DNA of 64,000 nucleotides from a virus (Duplodnaviria; Heunggongvirae; Uroviricota; Caudoviricetes): IMG/VR virus record IMGVR_UViG_2513237251_000009; one strand, 5' to 3'. Shown piece by piece: positions 54,658 to 64,000 of this stretch (position 1 is its first letter; each line of letters starts with the position of its first letter). The notes under the pieces were generated by a model. It saw only the letters and a program-made list of their open reading frames with translations, ran no database searches and was not told where the DNA came from. The position numbers and the translations under genes were made by a program.

Positions 54658-54927
54658 CTATTTCATCCCGCCAATATTTTCCCACGTCCCGTCAGCACGC
54701 AGGATTTGCAGCGGTCTTACCACGCACTGTATCTGCTTTTTATCCGCATCCAGTATCACCACCTGCGTGATTACCCTGTCCTGCTCCGGGATAATACCAT
54801 TCTCATCGGACTCCAGAATGTCTGCCGGTCCCAGTCGCAGCTGTGCTGTAAGTAACTCCCCGTTTTCACGGTCATCATGCTTTCCGCAACCGCACAGACG
54901 CTGCATAATTTTTTTTAATATGTTCAT
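54658..54927 (-). CDS. Hypothetical 89-aa protein (copy of 3934..4203)
   Basis: Same protein sequence as prophage A copy. Confidence 0.45.
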   Translation of the reverse strand: MNILKKIMQRLCGCGKHDDRENGELLTAQLRLGPADILESDENGIIPEQDRVITQVVILDADKKQIQCVVRPLQILRADGTWENIGGMK

Positions 54928-54928
54928 G

Positions 54929-56158
54929 TCATTCTCCTGTTCTGCCTGTATCACTGCCCACTTCATCCAGCCCCTTAACATCCTGCCACGGCCCGTCACC
55001 AAACCTGACCTGCAAATGCTGAAAAAAACCCTGAACCCGTGTGGCATCTTTGGGGTCAAGAAAGGTCAGTCCGGTGATGAGTGCGCCATCTGTATCCGGG
55101 AACCAGCCATGGCTGTTTGTCTCAATAATGTTTCCCGGCCCCAGACGGAACCGTATTTGCGTCTCCCCCGGGTCGCCCTTCGGCCCCTGAGGTCCGGTTG
55201 CCCCCACCGGGCCAGCCGCACCTGTTTCTCCTTTCGGTCCCTGTGGGCCTGCCGGGCCTGCCGGGCCTGCCGGACCAGCATCACCTGCCGGCCCCCTTTC
55301 ACCGGTTGCCCCTGCCGGACCGGTGTCTCCACGCTCTCCTTTATCTCCCTTCGGCCCCTGAGGACCCGCGGGACCCGGTTCCCCCTTTGGCCCGGGAGGC
55401 CCCACCACCGTGGGGATTCGGTTTACGGCCTCTTCCGCCGCTATCCTGCTTTGTTCCGCTGACTGTGCGCTTTCTGCTGACTCCCGGGCTTTTTCTGTTG
55501 CGGTCGTTGCATCCCTGGCTGCATTACCGGCTGCACTTTCTGCCGTCTTTTTTGACAACTCAGCATCTGCTGCACTTTGTGATGACTCACTGGCTTTTTG
55601 AGCGGCCGCAGAGGCCGAGGACGAGGACGCCTCCTCTGACTGCTTTGCAGCGGCTGCACTTTCTGCCGCCTGCCGGGCTGACTCCGATGCATCCCCTGCT
55701 GAAGTGTCAGCATTTGCCGCGCTCTCTTCTGCCTGACTGGCTGATATGCCGGCATTCCTCGCGGACGTCTCCGCCTCTCCGGCATTCTTCTTCGCCTCCT
55801 CAGCGTGACGCGCCGCTTCTTCCACCATCAGTTCAAAACGACGCAGTGCCTCCGGCCGGACGTCATCCTCCGACATGGCACCGAGAAAATCATTCAGCGT
55901 CCCCGGTTGAGAATCTTCATACACGGTGATGGTCCCGGCATGTGACGGCGGGAACCCTTCCACCAACAGAATAACGCTGTACTGACCGTACTCAACGTCC
56001 ATGCTGTAACGACCGGCTTCATCCGGATTTTCAGAGGCCACCGTGTTCACCACCACCGTGGCGCTGTTACGTCTGGCTTTCAGTTGAATGGTGCAGTTCT
56101 CTACCGGTTTTCCTGTGCCGTCTTTCAGTACACCTGAAATCTTTACTGCCATATTCAC
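54929..56158 (-). CDS. Side tail fibre with collagen-like repeats (intact copy)
   Basis: 409 aa, long uninterrupted Gly-X-Y run. Confidence 0.8.
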   Translation of the reverse strand: MNMAVKISGVLKDGTGKPVENCTIQLKARRNSATVVVNTVASENPDEAGRYSMDVEYGQYSVILLVEGFPPSHAGTITVYEDSQPGTLNDFLGAMSEDDVRPEALRRFELMVEEAARHAEEAKKNAGEAETSARNAGISASQAEESAANADTSAGDASESARQAAESAAAAKQSEEASSSSASAAAQKASESSQSAADAELSKKTAESAAGNAARDATTATEKARESAESAQSAEQSRIAAEEAVNRIPTVVGPPGPKGEPGPAGPQGPKGDKGERGDTGPAGATGERGPAGDAGPAGPAGPAGPQGPKGETGAAGPVGATGPQGPKGDPGETQIRFRLGPGNIIETNSHGWFPDTDGALITGLTFLDPKDATRVQGFFQHLQVRFGDGPWQDVKGLDEVGSDTGRTGE

Positions 56159-56216
56159 CCCACAAAAAAGCCCGCCTGAACCGGCGGGCTGTCATAACAC
56201 TGTGTTACCTGGCTAA

Positions 56217-56816
56217 TCAGAACTTATAACCGACACCCACGATGAAACCGTCAGTGCGCCAGTCGCCACTGCCGGAGCCTTCATAAGCAATATCAATGGC
56301 CACGGATTCGGTCGGGTTAAACTGCACGCCAGCCCCCCACGCCAGAGACGTGTTGCTGTGGCGACCGTCATCACTTCCGGTCAGCACATCGTGCGTTTTC
56401 CCCTTGTTGTCAGTTACGCGAAGATAATCCCCGGAGAAAGTCGACACACGGCTGTAAGCCACACCCGCCATCGCATACGCGCTGAACCATTCATTCACGC
56501 GCACAGACGGCCCCGCCATTACGCTGAACCAGCGGTTACGCACGGAATCTTCATGCCAGCGGGTATCGCTGTAACGGGTAAGCTGGCGATTCTTGTCTCC
56601 TGCATAGCTGAATGACGTCACCAGCCCCAGCGTGTCCGTAAATTCATAACGGTATTTCACGTTAATCCCGTTAAGATTATCGCTACCGGGAGCGCTCGTC
56701 CGGGCATGAAGATACCCCGCGCTCAGCGTGGCCTGCTGCTCAGACGCCCATGCAGGCGCGCCGGATACGGCCAGACAGATGGCTGCGGACAAAATGGCGG
56801 CATAAAGTTTACGCAT
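56217..56816 (-). CDS. lom: Lom/Ail-family outer membrane protein (copy)
   Basis: Identical protein to 5491..6090. Confidence 0.85.
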
Positions 56817-56883
56817 AATTACCTCTCGCTTTTCTGCAATAAAAAAGGCGCCATTTCTGGCGCCCGTATATGGGTTATAAAAT

Positions 56884-59800
56884 TCAGCTGATACTGATGC
56901 CTGCGGTGGCTTTCTTCATCACCACAACCAGCAAATCGCTGATACTTGCTGTGGGATACCAGTTATTCACCAGCCATGCTGACACCGAAAACTCCAGCGT
57001 CATGTGACCGTGACCGGCAGGCATATCAATAACGCCACTGTAAATCAGCGTATTATCCAGCGCGGTACGGTTATAAATTTCAGCACCGTTTTTCCGCACT
57101 ATCAGACGGCATGAGGAGTAAATATCAGTATGCTCTCTCTCTCATGTTTAGCGCCGCTGAATGCCACCGCCGGAATAACAATCTGCCGGTCAAACGGCTG
57201 ATCGTCATAAACCCTGACGGTAATGGTCCCTGATGGCCACCGTTCCGGTGCACGGGAGTCCCGGGGGAAAGCTTTGCCCACTGTTTTAACGAGATCGCCT
57301 TCAATCTGGTTCGCGGACAGTTTTCCCAGAACCCGACAGTTCTCGTTAATCGTGACGTTGTTGAGCGTCCCGGAGTTCGCATTCACACTGCCACTGATAT
57401 CCGCATTTTTAGCGGTCAGCTTTCCGTCTGATGTCAGGGAAAATGCCGGAGGATTGCCGCCACTGGTAATGGTGGGAGCCGTCAGATATTTCAGGAACAC
57501 TTCATTCATAAATATCTGATCGCCCTGACCAACAAACATCGGCTTTGTGTTGCCATTCGCAGGATTAATCATCGCAATCCTGTCTGCCGCCAGCAGCACC
57601 TGACTCTGCATTCCTGCTGGCGTATTCTCAATACCGGCACCGATACCCGCAATATAAAGGCGTCCGTCCTGCATCTGCTGCAGTTTCACGGCCCACATGC
57701 TGTTCAGGTTATTATTTGTATCAACCTGAACTTTCTGTATCTGCTGGATTGCCGCACTCTGATTTTCCAGTTTTTTATTGACGGTCTGCGTGATTTCATT
57801 GCTGACATTCGTAATGGACGTCCTGATTTCAGCCAGGTCCGGCGCAAGCTGACCGTTATCAATCTGCGTCCACAGCTCCTGGGCCAGATGTGTTTTCCCG
57901 ATTTCTCCTTTGAAAAAATCCAGGTAACCTTCCGCATCATCGCTCGCCCGACCGACAGCCTCCACGAATGCCGATTTGCCAACAGTATTCACACTGCGGA
58001 TATAAAAATAATAATCATGGCCCGGTTTGATATTGATACTGGCAGCTATCCAGTACAGCGCCGAGCCAAGATAGCGGGCTGCGGTTTCAACCTGCCTGAT
58101 ATCCGCAATCCGCTTTTCCGAGAACCAGAACTCAAACTGTACCGTCGGGTCATAAACGGCAAGATGCGGCGTGGCGGTTATCTGAAAATAGCCCGGCGTC
58201 AGCTCAATCCGCGACGGTGCTGCCGGTGCGGCAATCCGGAAGGTGGTGGTGGCAGGTTCACCCTGCTGGCCATAGCTGTTTATCGCCCGCACCGTCAGGG
58301 TGTATTCCCCGAGCGGCAGGCCGCTGAAACGGTGCTCCGTGTCTGCGGTGATGGCGGTGGTCACCAGTCTGGCATCCGTTCCCTTACCACTGGTCAGGCG
58401 CAGACTGAAGCGCACGCCCTTCACCACCCGCGGCGTGTCCCATTTAGCCTGCGCCAGATACTGGCCGTCAGCTGCACTCACCTCCACCGTCAGGTGCTGT
58501 ACTGCCGGTGGGATGACGCTGTTCAGGGAACCTGACTGCGGCTCAAAGCGGGCACCGTTATCCACGATGGCTTCTTTTTCCGGTACGTGCTGCACCGCCG
58601 TGATGGCAAAGGTGCCGTCCGTGTTTTCCCGGACGGAGACACAGCGGAACAGGCGACGGCACAGTGACGGCAGGGAGAGTCCCCACACCCCGTATGTCTC
58701 CACACCATCAGGCAGGGTACTGACCTGTATCCGGTCCGGCGCGGGGTGTGCGGTGATGTCCACACTCACCGGCTTACCGCTGCCGTTAATCAGGTTCACC
58801 GTGGCGGCACCGGTCTCCGGCAGTGTCACCTCACGGTCCAGCGTCAGGGTGCGGCTGGCGGCATCGATGGACAGGACACGTCCGCCGGTCATGGTCCCGG
58901 CATAGTCGTTATCACAGATTTCAATAATGTCACCGGGTGTGTGACGCAGCCCCTGTGACCCAAGCGTGAAATCCACCGTCTGCGTTTCCAGCAGTCCGGT
59001 CTTTATCACCCACAGCCCGGCACGGTGGGCCTGACCGCGACTGGTGCAGCCGAACGCATCCATCTTCAGCAGGTTGCGTCCGTAGCGCAGTATGGCTTCC
59101 GGGTCTTCCACCAGTTCCGTGGAGGTCTGCCAGCCGTTCTGCGGGTCGGTGTAATTCACCTCCACCGCCGTGTGGCGGTCCTTCAGGGCGCTGAAGCTGT
59201 AGCGAAACCCCACGCCGTTATCATCCACCACCACATCACTGCTGGTGTAGGCCACACCACATCTGACGGACGGTCCTGCACAAACGTCAGCGTCTGCCCG
59301 TTCCATACCGGCATACAGCGCATCGCCGAGCAGAAATCACTGAGAACGTCCCACGCCTTACGCTGTTGTGACAGGTACGCATTGAAAGTCATCCGCGGCT
59401 CTGTGCCCCCGAAACCATCCGGGACCGTCTGGTCGCAGTACTGCGCAATGGCATACAGCGCCCACTTGTCCACATCCGCCGCCCCCAGGCGTTTTCCCAT
59501 TCCGTAGCGCGGGTGGGTCAGCATGTCCCACAGGCACCAGGCAGGGTTGTTGCTGTATGCCGGTTTCAGGCTGCCGTCCCAGATGCCGCTGTACGTGCGT
59601 TTTTCCGGGTCATAGTTTGACGGTACCTGGATGATGCGACCGCGGATATGGTAGTTCACCGTCATCTGCTGACCGCCAAACTGCTCCGCATCCACCTGCA
59701 GCCCCACAATCGCCGTGTTCGGGTAGCACTGTTTCACATCGATGATTTCGGTGTATGACGACCAGAGCGTCTTATTCTGCAGCTGGTCCGAGGTGCTGTC

Positions 59801-60358
59801 CGCTGTCTCCCGGACCATCCGGATGTTAAAGGGCCGCTCAGGCAGATTATCCAGAATCACCGACGCCAGAAACTGCGAGGTGGTCTTGCCGTTAATGGTG
59901 ACATCCTTTTCCGTCACCCAGTTACCGTTACGCTGCAACTGAATCAGCAGTCGGACAGAAGAGTGATTACGGTCGCCCTTTGAGGTGGTCTCCAACAGTG
60001 ACTGCACCCCGAAGGTGACCCGCAGGCGGTCAATGTTCGCGGACGTAATGGTGCGCGTCACCGGTTTTGCCTTCGTCACTTCCACGCCCAGTCCGGTTTC
60101 AGCTCCGGAGGACTCAAAGCCTTCCGGTGGTGTCTGCTCCTGCTCCCCGGCACGCCAGACCGCGGTCACACCGTGTATCACGGGATTGCCGTCCGTGTCC
60201 GTCAGTGGGGTTTTGTTCACCAGAATACTCTGCAGTCCCTTCACCGGACCTTCTATCGGTCCCTCACCAATCGCATCAATCACACTCATCATCTGCGTGG
60301 ATTTGAGATTATCCTTCGCCTCACGAGGCGTGTGTGCCTTACCGCCACCTTTTCCCAT
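56884..60358 (-). pseudogene. J: Tail tip protein J, disrupted (at least two frame breaks)
   Basis: Split into 59183..60571, 57102..59306 and 56884..57099; central part closely lambda-J-like. Confidence 0.65.
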
Positions 60359-60699
60359 ACAGCCTTCCCCTGAATAAATTAACCGCCACTTGCCATTCCG
60401 TACAGAAGTCGGATATCCTTCGCCCGAAAAGCATGAAACACATTTCTGCCATGCTAAAGAAAACCCCGGTATCAGCAGATACCGGGGTTTTCTTTCATGC
60501 CCACCGATAATCCTGTTGGTTAAAACCGGTAATGGCATAAAAATTCTGAATATCTTCACATTTTCACACACTGACTGTGGCGCTTATAATTTCGCTGCGT
60601 TAGTGTTTTTTTGCCCGAGTAACAAAAACAACTCCTTAACATTGATCTTCATTTGTCTGTCCCCGCAGCTCCGCGATCACTGCGGGATTTTTTTATGTT

Positions 60700-61380
60700 T
60701 TATCCCTGTCGCCCGACAACCACGACCGTTCCGCCCCCGCCTTCATCACGGGTGCTGATGTCCTGGGATATACGGCGGGAGCCAACCAGCATTTCCCCGT
60801 AAGGCACCGGCATCGGGTTCCCCTGGGCAATCATGTTATCCAGCGAGGAAAAGTACGTGTTCTGTCTGCCGTTATCCGTTGCGCGGTAATCCGGTGTTTT
60901 TGCCTTCGGGGCCAGCATCTGGGCCACACCGCCCAGAATCATGCTGGCTCCAAGTGAAAACAGCATCGTGGTGGCAGAAAAACCACCGGCTGCCAGGGCT
61001 GAACCCCATAACGCCATTGATGCCCCGGCAGTGAAGAAAGAGCCCACGATGGCTGCCGCCCCCAGCACAATCTGCAGTCCACCCTTTCCGGCCCCGGCCA
61101 GTCGCGGCACAATATGGATGACCGTTCCCTCACCCAGCTGTTCGTGAAGACGGGCGTACACCGCCTCCGGTGCCGTGTCATAACCGGCAATACGTATCTG
61201 GTACCAGCCTTCGTTCATCTGACGGCGAAAGCCCGGCACCTGTAACGACAGCGCCCGGATGGCTTCCGCTGCCGTGTTCACATACAGGCTGAGGCGGCGG
61301 CCAAATCGTTGTAAATCCCCGTGAAGGCAGATACGTGCCAGTGGCGGTGACGCCAGGCTGAATGCGTTCGTCGTTGCCAT
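60700..61380 (-). CDS. I: Tail assembly protein I (copy)
   Basis: 226 aa, about 90 percent identical to prophage A copy by eye. Confidence 0.85.
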   Translation of the reverse strand: MATTNAFSLASPPLARICLHGDLQRFGRRLSLYVNTAAEAIRALSLQVPGFRRQMNEGWYQIRIAGYDTAPEAVYARLHEQLGEGTVIHIVPRLAGAGKGGLQIVLGAAAIVGSFFTAGASMALWGSALAAGGFSATTMLFSLGASMILGGVAQMLAPKAKTPDYRATDNGRQNTYFSSLDNMIAQGNPMPVPYGEMLVGSRRISQDISTRDEGGGGTVVVVGRQG

Positions 61381-62021
61381 TTTTCGGAATACCTCTCCCG
61401 TTTACTCAGTTGTTCAGGCAGATGGTGAAGCAGTTCACCGTTGCCGCAGTATATGGCGGCATGATTGGCCACCGATGCGCCAAAGCAGCACAGCAGGATA
61501 TCGCCAGGCTGTGCGGAAGGCAGGGAAATCCTGTAAAAACCAGTCGCCTCCATATTGTCCAGGTACAGGTTCTGACCATTGCGCCACCAGTCATCCTCAC
61601 GCTCAAAATCCGGCATATCAGTCCCCGCCAGATGATAAGCATCCCGGAACAGCGTGTAACAGTCCGTCACCCCGTGCTCAAAGCGCCGTCCTGTCAGATG
61701 TGGCACACAGCGGAATTTGTGAATGTCACCCCGGCAGACCAGCCACCAGGGCAGTGCGCTTTTTATCTGCAGCCGCCGGTCAGCCTCGCTCAGCCAGGGC
61801 AGCCCACCGGGATGACTGTGGACCAGTGCCACAATCTCCCCCTGCATCTCTGCCCGCAGCCAGTCTTCCGGTGCGATACGAAAATACGCCTCCGGCTCTG
61901 CAGAAATATTCACACAAGGGATATACCACTCCCCCTCCGGCGTGCTTATCACGAAGCCGCACGACTCCGCAGGCGCACACCGCCGGGCATGCGCCAGAAT
62001 CGCTGATTCAGTCTGTGTCAT
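61278..62021 (-). CDS. K: Tail assembly protein K (copy)
   Basis: ATG 62021 (MTQTESAIL...). Confidence 0.8.
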   Translation of the reverse strand: MTQTESAILAHARRCAPAESCGFVISTPEGEWYIPCVNISAEPEAYFRIAPEDWLRAEMQGEIVALVHSHPGGLPWLSEADRRLQIKSALPWWLVCRGDIHKFRCVPHLTGRRFEHGVTDCYTLFRDAYHLAGTDMPDFEREDDWWRNGQNLYLDNMEATGFYRISLPSAQPGDILLCCFGASVANHAAIYCGNGELLHHLPEQLSKRERYSEKWQRRTHSAWRHRHWHVSAFTGIYNDLAAASACM

Positions 62022-62031
62022 AAACCGGGAT

Positions 62032-62730
62032 TTACTGCGAAAGTTTATTAATGGAAAGGAAACCGCCAAAATTAGCCACCATGCTGCGCATCTCACACCC
62101 GCGCATGCACTTGCTGCATCTGTCCTTACGGATATCCGTGGTGGGGTTGTCGAACTCATCCGCCACTGCCCCGCCCGTGTAACCACACTCATCAGAGCGG
62201 TAGGTCCACATACAGGTATTCGCCAGCATAATGCGACCGGGAAACAGCGCTCCGTCCGTCTCCGTCGGTGTTGCCAGCACAAACGAGGCTGTCATGGCCG
62301 TCAGCTCTGACATCTGCTCCACCACCCAGCGGTCTCTCAGCTCCTGCTCCGGGTCCGCTTCCGGATTGCCCGCCACAAAATTCACCGCATCCAGAAAACG
62401 GGCATACACCCGGCGGCGGACCACCGTGGCACCCACCAGGCTCTGCAAATCCTCCGCCATCCCGGTGACAAGACCGAACAGATTGGACACCGTCAGCGAC
62501 GGGCGGGCACTGCTGCCCTTCCCGTTCATCTCAAAGCCACTGCCGTCAATCGGGTATACCTGATATTGCCGCCCCTGCCAGGTGACCGCCTCCCCTTTTT
62601 CATTCAGCTCATTACAGAAAAAATACCGCTCACCGCCCTGCACCGTCAGGTCGATTTCCCAGAGCACCACCCGCGGTGACTGCTCTGACTTAACCGACTC
62701 GTTCAGGCTTTCTTCATGAATATTCTGCAT
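62032..62730 (-). CDS. L: Minor tail protein L (copy)
   Basis: Start at MQNIHEESL... (62730). Confidence 0.85.
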   Translation of the reverse strand: MQNIHEESLNESVKSEQSPRVVLWEIDLTVQGGERYFFCNELNEKGEAVTWQGRQYQVYPIDGSGFEMNGKGSSARPSLTVSNLFGLVTGMAEDLQSLVGATVVRRRVYARFLDAVNFVAGNPEADPEQELRDRWVVEQMSELTAMTASFVLATPTETDGALFPGRIMLANTCMWTYRSDECGYTGGAVADEFDNPTTDIRKDRCSKCMRGCEMRSMVANFGGFLSINKLSQ

Positions 62731-63071
62731 CAGTTCACCACCTGCTCTATCGTGCAACTGAAATCACTGTACCGGGCATTATCCGTGACACTCCACTCAC
62801 GGCACACAACCCTCACCGTCCGGTTATGTTTCGGCGGTCGCCACAAAAAGGCACGGTAACCACCATGCCAGGATAAAAATTCATCCAGCCAGCGCCGGGT
62901 TGACTCATCCGTCACCCGGAACACCGCCTGAAACGTCTTCAGTTGAGGATTCAGCCCTGTGGGGCGGCGCTGTTCATAACCGTCACCAAACCGCACCCTC
63001 ACCACCGACGGCTTCTCACTCACCTGCATCCCTTCACGCGGGACCAGATGCAGCGTTTTTATCTCAGCCAC
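62730..63071 (-). CDS. M: Minor tail protein M (copy, diverged)
   Basis: 113 aa, lambda gpM-like. Confidence 0.85.
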   Translation of the reverse strand: MAEIKTLHLVPREGMQVSEKPSVVRVRFGDGYEQRRPTGLNPQLKTFQAVFRVTDESTRRWLDEFLSWHGGYRAFLWRPPKHNRTVRVVCREWSVTDNARYSDFSCTIEQVVN

Positions 63072-64000
63072 TCAGCATTCCTCCGTCACGTCGCATGGAC
63101 AGCATCACCGCCTGCACCCGCTGGTCAATCAGCTGCACAAGACTGCCTGCCGCCTCCGGCCCTATCTGTCCGTTAGCCCCGTCATTCTGAATGGCAATGT
63201 GGTAGACCGGGGAATACACCAGACCAGCACTGCCGTTCATACTGCCCACGGCGCGTACGCCCAGCGAGCCATCCGCCGCCCGGGTCAGGGGCATAATAGC
63301 TTCAGGTCCGGCTTCCCCCATCAGCCCGGCCCCTTTTGCAAACGCAAAGTACGTGGGCGTGTCCACAATGCTGTTGCTGTACGCGCTCAGGTTTGCCGAG
63401 GTATACACGCCGCCTTTTGCATTGGCCACCGCTCCGCCCAGCCAGTCACCAATGCTGCCGAGAAATCCTCCCGCACCGGACATACCGTTTGCCGCCGTCT
63501 TAATTCCGTTGACAATCGCGGCATTCATAAGAACTTTTGATATTTCCTGCAGTACGGATGAGGCCCAGCTGCGCCATTCCACTTTATTTCCGTTCAGCAT
63601 CTCCGTGATGTTATTCACCATCCCTGAGATACCCTCCGTCGCCAGCTGTGCTGCCTGTGAGGCGTAATCGGACGCATTATCCACCCAGTTACTGAATCCC
63701 TCCTGCAGCCCTTTCTGCCAGTCCGCACGCTGCACATCCGATTCGGCATAAAAGACTGCCTGGTCCTTAAGGCGTTCGCTCAGATACTGCGCGTTCTGTG
63801 CCAGCGCCTGTCTGTAAAAATCCTCACTGATATCCCCGGTCTGATACTGAGACTGAAGGTCCGCATCCTTCTGGCGGAAGCTGTCGCGGATCTGCTGCAA
63901 CTCCCGCATGCGTTCCCTGGCTCGTTCCCCCTGCCCGTACCCCAGCAGTTCAGATTCATTTGATGCACGCGCAGCCACATTATCATTCTTCAGGGTCTCT
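63064..64000 (-). CDS. H: Tail tape measure protein H, C-terminal part (runs off window)
   Basis: Open frame to window edge; C-terminal region diverged from prophage A H. Confidence 0.8.
   Translation of the reverse strand, partial: ETLKNDNVAARASNESELLGYGQGERARERMRELQQIRDSFRQKDADLQSQYQTGDISEDFYRQALAQNAQYLSERLKDQAVFYAESDVQRADWQKGLQEGFSNWVDNASDYASQAAQLATEGISGMVNNITEMLNGNKVEWRSWASSVLQEISKVLMNAAIVNGIKTAANGMSGAGGFLGSIGDWLGGAVANAKGGVYTSANLSAYSNSIVDTPTYFAFAKGAGLMGEAGPEAIMPLTRAADGSLGVRAVGSMNGSAGLVYSPVYHIAIQNDGANGQIGPEAAGSLVQLIDQRVQAVMLSMRRDGGMLSG

Overview
The window is almost entirely prophage DNA of an enterohaemorrhagic-type Escherichia coli (inference from gene content): two lambdoid prophages integrated in tandem beside the host MFS transporter gene ydfJ (1..1284). 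Prophage A (about 1276..47055) is complete in layout with late genes on the minus strand: three NleG type III effector genes, a frameshifted side tail fibre, lom, J, I, K, L, M, H, G/T, V, U, Z, FII, FI, E, D, C, B, W, A, Nu1 and cos; then a PerC/Pch-like regulator, Rz/Rz1, an Ant-like gene, SAR-endolysin, DUF1327 gene, pinholin, NanS-p esterase, a TerB-like/small membrane gene pair, two tRNAs, an AraC-type regulator, Q, RusA, YdfU, HokD, nin-region ORFs, P, O with ori iterons, YdaT/Cro/CI, a cI-adjacent cassette, DicF-DicB-YdfD and a 5-prime-truncated integrase. The junction to prophage B carries IS629 inside a second ydfK copy and an IS256-family element split by an ISEc8-like IS66 element. 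Prophage B (from about 52.6 kb) repeats the NleG/tail-fibre/lom/J/I/K/L/M/H module, with J and one nleG disrupted. No CRISPR, rRNA or stx genes were seen. The best candidates for something undescribed are the cI-adjacent cassette, the TerB-like pair in the stx-equivalent slot, an acidic nin-region protein and plus-strand promoter/terminator units upstream of the holin; none is proven. Product names rest on recalled family resemblance, not database searches. Coordinates of non-ORF features are read by eye and may be off by a few bases.
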